64,000 nt of DNA from Nannocystaceae bacterium (lineage in GTDB: Bacteria > Myxococcota_A > Polyangia > Nannocystales > Nannocystaceae), in contig JAIBBS010000017.1 in the NCBI GenBank assembly GCA_019694555.1, positions 5,826-69,825 on the forward strand. Direction: 5' to 3'. Below the pieces are notes generated by a model, which searched no databases, was not told where the DNA came from, and saw only the letters and a program-made list of their open reading frames with translations. The position numbers and the translations under genes are program-made. Numbering within the stretch: the first letter of the stretch is position 1; every line of letters begins with the position of its first letter. This document shows, one piece after another, positions 44,921 to 54,683 of the stretch.

Positions 44921-45560
44921 GACCCTTCCCCCGAAGCGTGCGCAAGAGGCTGCGGCCCAGCTTGTGGCGAATCCGTGCGAGCAGGACGCCCAGGGATGCG
45001 TTGGCCGAGTCGCTCGGCGCACCCCAGACGTGCGCGAGCAGCACGTCCCGCGGCACCACGCCCCCGTCTGCGCGCGCGATCGCTTCGAGGATCGCCCACT
45101 CCTTCGCAGTCAATGCGACATCGAGGCCCGCACGCTTGGCTCGTCGAGCGGCGAAATCCAACTCCACGTCACCGCGCGTGCAGCGTGCGACCAGAGGCTG
45201 AGTGCCGCGACGCCCCAAGGCACGCACGCGCGCACGCAGCTCGGCGATGGCGAAGGGTTTCACGAGGTAGTCGTCGGCCCCGGCGTCGAGACCATCGACC
45301 CGGGCGCGCACGTTGCCGGCCGCGGTGAGGATGAGAATCGCGACGCTCGAACCGTCGGCCCGTAGCGCTCGGCACAGATGGAGACCGTCGCCATCGGGCA
45401 AACCCAGGTCGAGGACCACCACGTCGAACGAGGCCTCGAGCAGTGCTTCGCGTGCCATCGTGATCGACGCAGCCGTGCGCGTCGCGTGGCCATCGCGTGC
45501 GAGCGCAGTCCGCAGCAGCGAACAGAGCTCATCATCATCATCCACGATCAGGAGGTTCAT
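44907..45560 (-). CDS. OmpR-family response regulator
   Basis: The receiver domain (LIVDDD...DVVVLDLGLPDGDG) and the winged-helix output domain (LTAKEWAILEAIA, VWG) are both present. It overlaps the HK start by 14 nt. Confidence 0.9.
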   Translation of the reverse strand: MNLLIVDDDDELCSLLRTALARDGHATRTAASITMAREALLEASFDVVVLDLGLPDGDGLHLCRALRADGSSVAILILTAAGNVRARVDGLDAGADDYLVKPFAIAELRARVRALGRRGTQPLVARCTRGDVELDFAARRAKRAGLDVALTAKEWAILEAIARADGGVVPRDVLLAHVWGAPSDSANASLGVLLARIRHKLGRSLLRTLRGKGHALG

Positions 45561-48500
45561 GCCTCCTCCTCGCCAGGGAGGCCGCGTCCACGGCCGAAGA
45601 TCAGGTAGGCGGCCGGCGTGACGATGAGGTTCAGCAGTGTGCTCGTGACCAGACCTCCCAGAATCACCACCGCCATCGGGTGTTCGATCTCCTGGCCCGG
45701 GCGGTCGCCGAACACGACCAGGGGCACCAACGCGAGCCCGGTGGCGAATGCGGTCATGAGGATCGGTGCCAGGCGCTCGCGAGTGCCACGCACCACCAGC
45801 GCAATGTCGAACTCGAGGCCCTGCTCGCGCTCGAGGTGGCGGTAGTGGCTCACCAGCAAGATGCCGTTGCGCGCAGCGATCCCGAGCACGCTCACGAAAC
45901 CCACCAGCGAGCCCAGCGAGAGCACGCCGCCCTGCAGGTGCGCGGCCGCAACCGCCCCAACCGTCGCGAATGGCAGGGTCGCCGCGACCAACAGCGTGGG
46001 CCTGAGCTCGCGGAAGTCCGCGAAGAGCACCAGCACGATGCCGAGGACAGCCAGCACGCTGCCGACGCGCAGCGAACGTGCAGCGCGCTCGCGTGCGCTC
46101 GCCTCGCCCAGCAGCTCGGCGTGGTGGGCCGGCGCGAACTGCTGCTCGTCGATCACGCGCTGGGCCGCGGCCGCCACGTCACCGAGCGGACGCGTACCAT
46201 CGAGTGAACAGGCGACGTCGATGCGCCGCGTCCCGCCCTCGTGCTTGATCGCACCGGGCGTCGCCCGCACGGCGACCTCGGCCACGTCGCGCAGCCGCAC
46301 GGGGAATCCCAACGGCGTCTCCAACGACAGCTCGCGCAGCGCTGCCACGTCCTCGCGCACCGCCGCCGTGCCCCAGACCACGACGGCGACGGGTCGCAGC
46401 TCGCGGTAGATCTCGCCGACCCGCGTGCCGCCGATCAGCGTCGTGACCTGGGCTCGTATCGCGGCGTGGGTCAGCCCGTAGACCTCGGCGGCGACGGGCA
46501 GCGGCGACACCTCGATCTGCGGCACATCGACGATGGCCTCGACCGAGACCTCGCGGGTGCCCTCCACCGCGCGCAGCGCATCCGCCAACGCGCTCGCGCG
46601 CTCGCGCAGGTGGTCGAGGTCCGGACCGGCGACGCGGACGACGATCTCGGCGTGTCCGCCACTGAGAACCTCGTCGACCCGTTCGCGCAGGTATGTCTTC
46701 ACGTCGTGGTAGACGCCGACGTAGGGCGCGAGCACCTCGTCGATCGCCGCGATCGCGCTGGCGTGGTCGGCCGCGGGATCCACCGAGACCCAGATCTCCG
46801 CGAAGTTGGGGCCCACGACCTCGTCCGACACCTCCGCGCGTCCGATGTGCACCCCGGCGTTGCGTACGCCTGGGATCTGCAGCAGCTCGCGGCTCACTCG
46901 CTGGGCGCTCCGCCGCACGGCCTCCACCGAGCTCCCGGGCTTCGCGATCCAGTGCATCAGAAAGTCCTGCTCGCGGAACTCCGGCAGGAAACCCGCGCCG
47001 AGCCGGGAGAAGCCCAACGCGCCAGCGAGCAGCGCGAGCGCGGCCCCGGCCAGCACCAGGCGGGGATGGGACAACAGCGACCACAGCAGTGACGTGAAGC
47101 GACCGTCGAGCCGAGGCCGAGCGTGCGGGTCGGTGCGTCCGGGCAGCAACAGCAACGAGAGCGCCGGCGTGACCGTGAGCGCGACGATGAGCGAGCACGT
47201 GATCGCCAGGATGTATGCGAGCGCCAGCGGACGGAAGAAGGCACCTGCGAGGCCCGGCAGGAGATACACCGGCAGAAACACCAGCGCCACGATCAAGCTC
47301 GCATGCACCACTGCGCTGCGCACTTCGACGGAGGCAGCGAGAACGATCTTGGCAGCGGAGATCCGGTCGATGCCCTTGCCGTGCTGCCGCAGCCGTCGAT
47401 GGATGTTCTCGACGTCGATCACGGCGTCGTCCACCACCTCGCCCAGCGCGATGGACAGGCCCGCGAGCACCATGGTGTCGAGCGTCGCGCCGGCGTGGTG
47501 CAGCACGGCCAGCGCTGCGAGCAACGCGAGCGGGATTGCGAGGACGCTGATGAGTGCGGTGCGCCAGTTTCGCAGCGCGATCAGCAGCACCAGGACCACC
47601 AGCACACAGCCCATCGCGAGCGCCGCCTCGAGATTGTCCACGGCGCGCTCGATGAACGCCGCAGGCCGAAAGATACTCGCATCGATCTCGACCCCGCTGA
47701 GCGCGGGCGCGAGATCGTCGAGTGCGTCGTCGATTGCGTCCGTGATGGCGAGCGTGTTCCCCCACGGCTGCTTCTCGACGATCAGCAGCAACCCTGGTCC
47801 ACCGTCGATGACGGCATCGCCGGGCAAGGGTGGATGGCCTTCGACCACCTCCGCGACGTCCCCGAGCGTGACGTTCGTACCGCGGCGCCACGACAGCGGC
47901 GCAGCGGCGAGCGTCGCCACGTCGCGCACGGCGGCTGGGTGACTCACCGCGAGGCGTTGGTTCGGACCGTCGACGAACCCGCCCGACCCCGGGTTCACCG
48001 CGGCGCTCGTCGCCTGCACGACCTCGTCGAGGCGCACGCCGAACAGCTCGAGGCGCTCGGGATCGACCAGGACCTGCAGCTCCCGACGGGCCTCACCCCA
48101 GACCGCCACGTTCGCGACGCCCGGCACCGCCATCAGGCGCGGGCGAATCGTCCACCGGGCCAGATCGCTCAGCTCCAGTGGCGTGTGTGCGTCGGATCGC
48201 AGGCCGATCTTCAGCACGCGTGCGGTGCTGCTGGTGGGTGACAAGACCACCGGCGTGCGCGCGAGCGCGGGCAACTGCGGCTGCGCCAGTGCCACACGCT
48301 CTTGCACGAGCTGCCGCGCGCGGAAGAGATCGCTGCCAGGCTCGAAGAGCACGACGACGGACGCCAAGCCGAGCACCGACTTGGATCGCAGCGTCGTCGC
48401 CAGCGGCGTGCCCTGCAGCGCGTCTTCGAGCGGGCGCGTCACCAGCGTCTCGACCTCGACACTCGACAGCCCGGGTGCCTCGACTTGAATCTCGACGCGC

Positions 48501-48634
48501 GGTGGCGCGAACTCGGGGAAGGCGTCGATGCGCGCGCGTTGCAGCGCGTCGAGTCCGATCCAGATGACCAACGACGCCAGCGCGAGCACGACCACGCGCT
48601 GTCGCAGGCACGCGTCGATCAACGCGCGGATCAA
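45557..48634 (-). CDS. RND heavy-metal efflux pump, CzcA/CusA (HME) family
   Basis: 1025 aa with 12 TM helices and two large periplasmic loops. The N-terminus (MIRALIDACLRQRVVVLALASLVIWIG) and VENIHRRL are typical of CusA/CzcA. Confidence 0.9.
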   Translation of the reverse strand: MIRALIDACLRQRVVVLALASLVIWIGLDALQRARIDAFPEFAPPRVEIQVEAPGLSSVEVETLVTRPLEDALQGTPLATTLRSKSVLGLASVVVLFEPGSDLFRARQLVQERVALAQPQLPALARTPVVLSPTSSTARVLKIGLRSDAHTPLELSDLARWTIRPRLMAVPGVANVAVWGEARRELQVLVDPERLELFGVRLDEVVQATSAAVNPGSGGFVDGPNQRLAVSHPAAVRDVATLAAAPLSWRRGTNVTLGDVAEVVEGHPPLPGDAVIDGGPGLLLIVEKQPWGNTLAITDAIDDALDDLAPALSGVEIDASIFRPAAFIERAVDNLEAALAMGCVLVVLVLLIALRNWRTALISVLAIPLALLAALAVLHHAGATLDTMVLAGLSIALGEVVDDAVIDVENIHRRLRQHGKGIDRISAAKIVLAASVEVRSAVVHASLIVALVFLPVYLLPGLAGAFFRPLALAYILAITCSLIVALTVTPALSLLLLPGRTDPHARPRLDGRFTSLLWSLLSHPRLVLAGAALALLAGALGFSRLGAGFLPEFREQDFLMHWIAKPGSSVEAVRRSAQRVSRELLQIPGVRNAGVHIGRAEVSDEVVGPNFAEIWVSVDPAADHASAIAAIDEVLAPYVGVYHDVKTYLRERVDEVLSGGHAEIVVRVAGPDLDHLRERASALADALRAVEGTREVSVEAIVDVPQIEVSPLPVAAEVYGLTHAAIRAQVTTLIGGTRVGEIYRELRPVAVVVWGTAAVREDVAALRELSLETPLGFPVRLRDVAEVAVRATPGAIKHEGGTRRIDVACSLDGTRPLGDVAAAAQRVIDEQQFAPAHHAELLGEASARERAARSLRVGSVLAVLGIVLVLFADFRELRPTLLVAATLPFATVGAVAAAHLQGGVLSLGSLVGFVSVLGIAARNGILLVSHYRHLEREQGLEFDIALVVRGTRERLAPILMTAFATGLALVPLVVFGDRPGQEIEHPMAVVILGGLVTSTLLNLIVTPAAYLIFGRGRGLPGEEEA

Positions 48635-49806
48635 TGCGGCACCCCGAACTCGGCGCCGAACAACTCGGCGACCCCGACCCGGACTACGCAGCGTCCGACG
48701 GTGGGTCCACGTTCGAACGCGGTGCGGCCGCCCTGCGAGTGCAGCGGGACGACCGCCTCACGTACGAATGCGCCGGGTTCGTCGCAGGTGTAGACCCAGG
48801 CGCCGCCGTTCACGTCGTAGACGATCGCGGAGCTCGGGATGGTCGTGTGCTCGGCCTCGGCGCGCTCGGACAGCTCGACGGCGACGCGCTCACCCACGAC
48901 CGCTCCCATGTCGGCCGGCGCCACGAAGTAGAGGTCGACGTTCGCCGTGACCGCGTCGACCGACGGTGCCGCCGATACACGCGCCGCGGTCCAGCGCATG
49001 GTGGCACCGAGCGGGCCGATCGCCGCGGGGTCGGCACGATCGATCCGCGCCAGCAGCCCCGGCGGCACCGGCACGCGCACCCACAGGTCTTCCGTGGGTG
49101 TGATCTCGAACAGCGACGCGCCCGCGGCGACCACCTGCCCCGGCGCGGCGCCGAGCATGCGAACCGCACCGTCGGTCGGCGCCACCACGCGCAGCGTCAC
49201 GTCGGAGGACAGCGGCGCGCGGCCAAGCCCCGCTTCGCGCGAGCGTGCGGCGTCGAGATCCGCGCGCGCAGCCTCGAGATCGGCGCGGGCTTCCTCGAGT
49301 GCACGCGCGCTGGCGGCACGATCCGCGACCAGGGCCTCGAGCCGCGCGACGCGTGCCTCGGCCACCTGCAGACGCGCGGCGCCCGTGGAGATCTGGCGTT
49401 TCGCCTGCGCCCGGACGTCACGGTCGACCGGCGCGAGCGGAACCAGGCGCAACGCCACCGTGCCGGCACGCAGCAGCGTGCCGGCCTGTAGCGGCGCGTC
49501 GCCGGCACGCACCGTGCCGGGCAGCGGCGCCGTGACGACGATCGCCCTTCCCGGAGGTGCGACCACGAATCCCGGCACGTGGTGCACCCGCGCGGTGGCT
49601 TGTCGCGCGACCGCCTCGGTCTCGAGTCCGAGCGACGCGATGGTCTCGGCCGTGAGCTCGAGTCGTCGCAGTCGGTCCTCGCGCGCGACAGCGTTCCCGC
49701 CGACCGGCGGGTCGCGAGGCTGCGCGGCTGAGTCGGGCGACTGCCTGCCGCATCCGCACGCCACGACCAGGATGAGGCACCACGCGACGAGCGGTGGTGT
49801 GGTCAT
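48631..49806 (-). CDS. RND membrane fusion protein (CzcB/CusB, HlyD family) lipoprotein
   Basis: A lipobox (LILVVACGC) is followed by a coiled-coil hairpin (ARLEALVADRAASARALEEARADLEAARADLDAAR) and beta-barrel domains. It is translationally coupled to the RND gene. Confidence 0.85.
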   Translation of the reverse strand: MTTPPLVAWCLILVVACGCGRQSPDSAAQPRDPPVGGNAVAREDRLRRLELTAETIASLGLETEAVARQATARVHHVPGFVVAPPGRAIVVTAPLPGTVRAGDAPLQAGTLLRAGTVALRLVPLAPVDRDVRAQAKRQISTGAARLQVAEARVARLEALVADRAASARALEEARADLEAARADLDAARSREAGLGRAPLSSDVTLRVVAPTDGAVRMLGAAPGQVVAAGASLFEITPTEDLWVRVPVPPGLLARIDRADPAAIGPLGATMRWTAARVSAAPSVDAVTANVDLYFVAPADMGAVVGERVAVELSERAEAEHTTIPSSAIVYDVNGGAWVYTCDEPGAFVREAVVPLHSQGGRTAFERGPTVGRCVVRVGVAELFGAEFGVPH

Positions 49807-51107
49807 CTCAGCCGCTCCAATGCGGCGAGCCGACCGCCGGTGGCGCGCTCGAGCTCGGCGTGGGCGCGCCGGACCTCCGCATCCAGCTCGACCTCACGCA
49901 GTCGCGTCTGTTCGAGACGCTGCGCCGAGAGCAGCACGCCGCCGTAGTCGCTCTCGCCGGCGCGATACCGGGCCGTGGCGGTAGCGAGCTCGCGCTGTCG
50001 CGCGTCGACGATCTCGCCGTGGTACAGCGATGAGGAACGCTGTGCGGCGGTCAGCTGCGCGCGCGCCTGCGTGACCTCGACGCCGATACGTAGCGCGAGC
50101 TCCTGGTAGCGCCACCGCGCGGCCTGTTGTCGGCCCTTCGCGCGCCCCCGCCCGGCCTGGTTCTGCGATGCCAGCGGGATCTCGGCCTGCACGCCGCCGG
50201 TGTAGGCGGCGCCGTTGCCGGACACGACGCCTGCGAGCGTGAACACCGAGGCGCGCTCGAGACCCACGATCAGCGATGCGGCATCGATGGCGATCGCTGC
50301 CGCGCGGAGGTCCGCGCGAGAGGCGAGCGCCAGCGCCGTCAGGCGATCGGCGGGCGGCGGCGGCTCCGTGGCAGCGGCTCCGTCGTCGGGAACGAGTCGA
50401 ACCGCGTCGGGATAGCCGATGCGCGCGGCCAAGCGACTCGCCGCGACCGTCACCTCGAGCTCCGCGCGCGCGGCATCGTCGGCTGCGAGCATCGCGTCGG
50501 CGTCGGCCGCGTCGACCTCCGCGGGCGCGACGTCGCCGGCTTCGGCGCGGGCCCGCACGACCGCGGCGATCTCGGACCACTGCTGCGCGATCACCTGGCG
50601 CACGCGCACGCGTTCGTGCGCGAGCCGCCATTCGACGTGCGCGAGCTTGGCATCGCGCGCGAGGTCGGTGCCGACCTGTACCAGGGACTGCGCGACCTCG
50701 GCGAGGTTCTTGCGGGCGATCTTCACGCGCCGCGGCAGCATGATCAGGGTCTCGAGCGGCCACGTCACCAACGCGCCGAGCTGCTGCGGCCCCGCGGGAA
50801 ACAGCAGGCGCAGCGTCGGATTCGACGGGCGCTTGGCGCCCGCGAGCTCCGCCTCCGCAACGCGCAGGCGCGTGAGCTCGACACGGAACGCCGGGCTGTT
50901 CCAGATCGCAATCGCGACTGCTTCGTCGGCGCTGCAGCCATCCGCGACGACGACCCCGGGCGGCAGCGTCGGTGGATCGGTGGGCTCGCGCCGCGCGTCG
51001 TAGCCGCCGCCGACGCGAGCACGAAGCTCCTGCGACACGTCGGGGGTGGCGGTCCGCCCCGCACACCCGCCGAGCGCGAGGGCCAATGCGGCGTGCCTGC
51101 AGCGCAC
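49803..51107 (-). CDS. outer-membrane efflux protein (TolC/CzcC family)
   Basis: The GTG at 51107 gives VRCRHAALALALGGCAG, a lipobox. Two OEP-type helical repeat halves follow. An alternative upstream ATG at 51266 would add a 50-aa leader. Confidence 0.75.
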   Translation of the reverse strand: MRCRHAALALALGGCAGRTATPDVSQELRARVGGGYDARREPTDPPTLPPGVVVADGCSADEAVAIAIWNSPAFRVELTRLRVAEAELAGAKRPSNPTLRLLFPAGPQQLGALVTWPLETLIMLPRRVKIARKNLAEVAQSLVQVGTDLARDAKLAHVEWRLAHERVRVRQVIAQQWSEIAAVVRARAEAGDVAPAEVDAADADAMLAADDAARAELEVTVAASRLAARIGYPDAVRLVPDDGAAATEPPPPADRLTALALASRADLRAAAIAIDAASLIVGLERASVFTLAGVVSGNGAAYTGGVQAEIPLASQNQAGRGRAKGRQQAARWRYQELALRIGVEVTQARAQLTAAQRSSSLYHGEIVDARQRELATATARYRAGESDYGGVLLSAQRLEQTRLREVELDAEVRRAHAELERATGGRLAALERLR

Positions 51108-51262
51108 CGGCCGACCCTGGCCCGGACGTCGGACCCGGGCAACAGGAAACCCTTGCCCGCGGACCGTCGCGTTCGCCTCCCGTTCGATTTCGACTCGGTC
51201 CGGCGCCAACACGGAGCGAGCGACACCCCGCCAGCGCAGCGTCGGCGCGGGACGACCCGGCG

Positions 51263-52348
51263 TCATGGCGACATCGCATCGATCCAAGCAGCAAGTGCCT
51301 TCGTTCCTGCCGGGTCGACCTTGTGGCTCACCAGTGGCGGCATCGCGTAGTCATCCCGACGATCGGTCATCAGCCACAGCAGGCTCGACTCGTGCACACC
51401 CGGCGTGACGCGCAGTGCACCCGGGAACCGTTGCGCCACCGAAGCGGTGGTGGGCTCGACCCCGACCGTGGCGGCGTACGCCTCTGCCTCCGTCGCGTCG
51501 GAGACCGGCGCGCCGTGCTGCGGCAACTGCCAGATCTCGTCGGCGCGGATCCGCAGCAGCAGCTGTGTCTCGTCGCCGAGCCCCCGCGACGAATGACACG
51601 GCATGCCACAGTTCGCATGCAAGTACCCGAGCGCCGCGGCCGCGCGGCCGGTCGAGTCCTCCGGCAGCCTGGCCTGCGGGCTCGACGGTGCCCAGCTCAA
51701 CCGCCCGTCGTCGCGGAGCACCTGCAGCGTCACGCCGAGCGCTCCGGGAAGCGCGAGCGCGACAGCCTCGATCCCCAGGAGCTTGTCGGCGCCGCCGTGA
51801 TGACACTTGCCGCAGTCCTTGGCTGTCGGGATCTCGTAGTCATCGCCGACGATCGTCGGCATGCGCGACGTGTCGAGCGTCGCGTCGCTGCCCGAAGCGT
51901 CCCAGATGTACGTGCCCGAGGCCCACTCCGATGGCGCACGCTTCCAGAACAGGCGCGTCTCGACCAGCCGACCGTCGAACCGAAACTCCTTCCACGCCTT
52001 CGTGCCTTCGGGGAACTGCCACGCGTCGAAGTCGGTCGTGTCGATTTCGGTTCCGGGGGGGAGGTACAGATAGCGTTGCTTCTCGGCGCCATCGCTCCAC
52101 AGGGTGACACCAGGTTCGTAGGGCGCAACGCGTTCGACGTACTGCCCGGGATCACGATCGAGCTGCAGGCCGGTACAGAAGACGTCGGCCGGGAGTCCGT
52201 GCTCGGGGATCACGCAGTCATCGGCGATTCCATCGCGGTCGGGGTCGGGGTCCCGGCTGCCAGCGCATCCAAGGACTGCGAGCATCCCGGTCGAGAAGAC
52301 TCCCGGCCCCCGACACGGAGGTCGACGGAGCCGTACGCGATCAGTCAT
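51263..52348 (-). CDS. lipoprotein with two CxxCH haem-binding motifs (c-type cytochrome-like)
   Basis: The ATG at 52348 gives MTDRVRLRRPPCRGPGVFSTGMLAVLGC. CGKCH and CGMPCH are both present. Confidence 0.55.
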   Translation of the reverse strand: MTDRVRLRRPPCRGPGVFSTGMLAVLGCAGSRDPDPDRDGIADDCVIPEHGLPADVFCTGLQLDRDPGQYVERVAPYEPGVTLWSDGAEKQRYLYLPPGTEIDTTDFDAWQFPEGTKAWKEFRFDGRLVETRLFWKRAPSEWASGTYIWDASGSDATLDTSRMPTIVGDDYEIPTAKDCGKCHHGGADKLLGIEAVALALPGALGVTLQVLRDDGRLSWAPSSPQARLPEDSTGRAAAALGYLHANCGMPCHSSRGLGDETQLLLRIRADEIWQLPQHGAPVSDATEAEAYAATVGVEPTTASVAQRFPGALRVTPGVHESSLLWLMTDRRDDYAMPPLVSHKVDPAGTKALAAWIDAMSP

Positions 52349-52790
52349 TCGCTGCTCCAGCCTCGATCCAGCCGCGAATCGCGTCCACCGCTTCCGCATC
52401 CAGTGCGGCCCCGCCCAGGGGCATGCGGGAGCCACACGACGGGTTGTCGGAGAACTTGTCGAGGAACAGGCTCCGATCGGGATCGTATGGCGTGACCAAG
52501 GGCTGCCCCGAACACCCATCGCTGGCCGACGCCACGCCCACGAGTGCGGCATACGCCGAATCAGGGTCCGAACCCATTGCAAGGTTGCCGTTGCTCACCT
52601 GACTCGCCGGCATCGCGTGACAGAAGTTGCACCGCGCAGGCGTCGTCGTCGGAAAGTACCGATCGTAGATTTCCGTGAACGTTGCCGGCGCCGGACCGGA
52701 TGCGGATTCGCATGCCGCGACGATCAGACCGATCCCGACCACGAGCCCGGCCGGACGCCGACGCTGCAGGCGACTCAATTGGGTTCGCAT
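52341..52790 (-). CDS. monohaem c-type cytochrome lipoprotein (149 aa)
   Basis: The ATG at 52790 gives MRTQLSRLQRRRPAGLVVGIGLIVAAC. CNFCH is the haem-binding motif, and SCGSRMPLGG provides the Met ligand region. Confidence 0.55.
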   Translation of the reverse strand: MRTQLSRLQRRRPAGLVVGIGLIVAACESASGPAPATFTEIYDRYFPTTTPARCNFCHAMPASQVSNGNLAMGSDPDSAYAALVGVASASDGCSGQPLVTPYDPDRSLFLDKFSDNPSCGSRMPLGGAALDAEAVDAIRGWIEAGAAND

Positions 52791-53746
52791 TGGAATGGTC
52801 CATTGGCAATCGGTGGAAGCGTGTGGAGGTAGACCGCGATGTCGTGCCGGTCCTCGTCGGTCATCGCGCCAAGGCGATCGGGACCACCGGGGTGAGTGCT
52901 GCAGAGCGCGCGGCCGGTGTCCTTCTCGAGATTCGTCGCGAGCACCGCTTCGATGTCGGCGACGCTCAGGTCCGCCAAACCTGTCGGGTCCGGCGTCAGG
53001 TTCACCGAGGTCTGCTCCGGCGCGCCTCGGATGAAGGTGTACTTCTTGCCTCCGGCGAACGCCTTCGCGAGATTCGGCACATCCGGACTGAGCTGCTCGG
53101 TGTGACAATTCAGGCAAGCCGCCGCCGCGAGATAGCGACCACGCTCGGCGGCGGCAAAGTCGGGGTCGCTCTGGGCCAGCGTCGTATGCGGAACATCCGC
53201 GTCCTGGACGTCCGGCGCCGGGGGCTGCTGGTCGAAGTGGGGGAAATCTGCGGCGACCACGTTGTCGTTGGGTGGGACGGTCCGCAAGTATTGGATGATC
53301 GAGTCGACATCCTCGGGCGTCAGCAGCGAGTACTCCGGGTACGGCATGATCGGGTAGATGGCGATGTGTTCGTCGTCGATGCCGTCGATCAATGCGGTTC
53401 GGATCTGCGAGTCGGTCCAAGCGCCAAGGCCCTCCGGGTCGTGCGACGTCAGGTTCTCGGCGTTGACGGTGATGATCGTGCCGTCGACGTCGGTGAAGTC
53501 GTACGAACGGCTTCCCGCGAGGTAGAGCGACATGTCCGGCTCACCGTTCTCGTCGTTGGGCGTGTGACACACGCCGCAGAGCAAGACGTGGTCGACGAGG
53601 TATTGTCCGCGCTCCACCGTCCCACGGTAGGCCTTCCCGGGGTCCTCGCCCGTGTCGCTGCTGCCGGCCTGGGCGTCGTCGACCGAGGCGCAGCCGCCGT
53701 GCATGAGGAAGAGAACGGGGAGCACGTGGTGACATCTGCGGAGCAT
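52775..53746 (-). CDS. dihaem c-type cytochrome
   Basis: The ATG at 53746 gives MLRRCHHVLPVLFLMHGGCA. CGVCH and CLNCH are present, and there are two cytochrome-c domains. Confidence 0.7.
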   Translation of the reverse strand: MLRRCHHVLPVLFLMHGGCASVDDAQAGSSDTGEDPGKAYRGTVERGQYLVDHVLLCGVCHTPNDENGEPDMSLYLAGSRSYDFTDVDGTIITVNAENLTSHDPEGLGAWTDSQIRTALIDGIDDEHIAIYPIMPYPEYSLLTPEDVDSIIQYLRTVPPNDNVVAADFPHFDQQPPAPDVQDADVPHTTLAQSDPDFAAAERGRYLAAAACLNCHTEQLSPDVPNLAKAFAGGKKYTFIRGAPEQTSVNLTPDPTGLADLSVADIEAVLATNLEKDTGRALCSTHPGGPDRLGAMTDEDRHDIAVYLHTLPPIANGPFQCEPN

Positions 53747-53781
53747 GCGTTGTGCTTTCGCTTGGGCTCGGAGGCGCGTTC

Positions 53782-54327
53782 TCAGTAGCCCTGACCGCCA
53801 GGGCAGAATGTGGCGTAGAAACGGCCGCGGACCTCCGCGTCGGCGCCTGCGTAGCTCGCTTCCACGGTCCCGACCACCTTCACGCCGGGTTCGCTCTGCG
53901 TGAACGTGACGTGTCCGTCCGTCGCCGCGACCTCGTACGCCGACGACTTCCCGCCCGCGGCGTAGTTGACCTCGGCGCCACCCTCTTCGACGGCGACCGT
54001 GCCCGACGCCCGGGTCGAAGGGACGACGATCTCGATGATCTGGGCGCCGACCGCGACGTCTCCGAGCCAGCGGGAGACCATCAGCTGCGCGCACGTGAGC
54101 GAGACCGAGCTCAGGTAGACGAGGGTCTCGCCGCTGTTCTCGATCATGATCGAGGCGACGGTGGGCTCGATCTCTCCGAGATCGCCGAGTTCCCCCATCA
54201 GGAGCGTCTCGGTGTCTCCGTAGTCCTGTTGGTCCGGGCTGCGGTCGCACGCGGTCAACGAGGTGATCCACGCGGTCGCCCCGTACAGGAGCGACCAGCG
54301 AGCCCGGGGCGCGAGTCGAGCCGTCAT
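53782..54327 (-). CDS. lipoprotein, hypothetical (181 aa)
   Basis: MTARLAPRARWSLLYGATAWITSLTAC is a lipobox. The domain is acidic and Thr/Val-rich. Confidence 0.5.
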   Translation of the reverse strand: MTARLAPRARWSLLYGATAWITSLTACDRSPDQQDYGDTETLLMGELGDLGEIEPTVASIMIENSGETLVYLSSVSLTCAQLMVSRWLGDVAVGAQIIEIVVPSTRASGTVAVEEGGAEVNYAAGGKSSAYEVAATDGHVTFTQSEPGVKVVGTVEASYAGADAEVRGRFYATFCPGGQGY

Positions 54328-54490
54328 TGCGTGTTAGGGCTCGTGCTTCGCCCTGCGTTACGGCGTCGCGCGGCAACCCACCGATCCGTTCGGCTCCCGT
54401 TCGCTTCGTTGGCACGGAGCGAGGGGTTCTCCGGGATCCCTGCGCTCCGGGATCGATCCACGAGTCGCAATACCGGACCGGCGAGGCACT

Positions 54491-54663
54491 CGCGTCGAGC
54501 GCGAGGGCGTCGTCGTCGAGCCCTTCGAGGAGGTCGCGCTCCGCTGCAGGGCGAGGCCGGGGCTGCAAGCACGGCGCGCGAGGGTTCGAGGCGCTCGGCA
54601 TCGCCGAGGTCGCGCTCGACCGCGTGGTCGACGGTCCGCGCCGCGGCCGTGCTCGCCACGCGC
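54491..54663 (+). pseudogene. frameshifted fragment copying the 3' end of the M48 peptidase gene (compare 56323..56493)
   Basis: About 90% nucleotide identity over about 173 bp to the 3' end of the gene at 54930..56525. There is a 1-nt deletion (gcgctccgctgcag vs gcgctcgcgctgcag). The fragment is not in any long ORF and is followed directly by DR-R. Confidence 0.6.
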
Positions 54664-54683
54664 GACGACCCGAACGTCACGCC

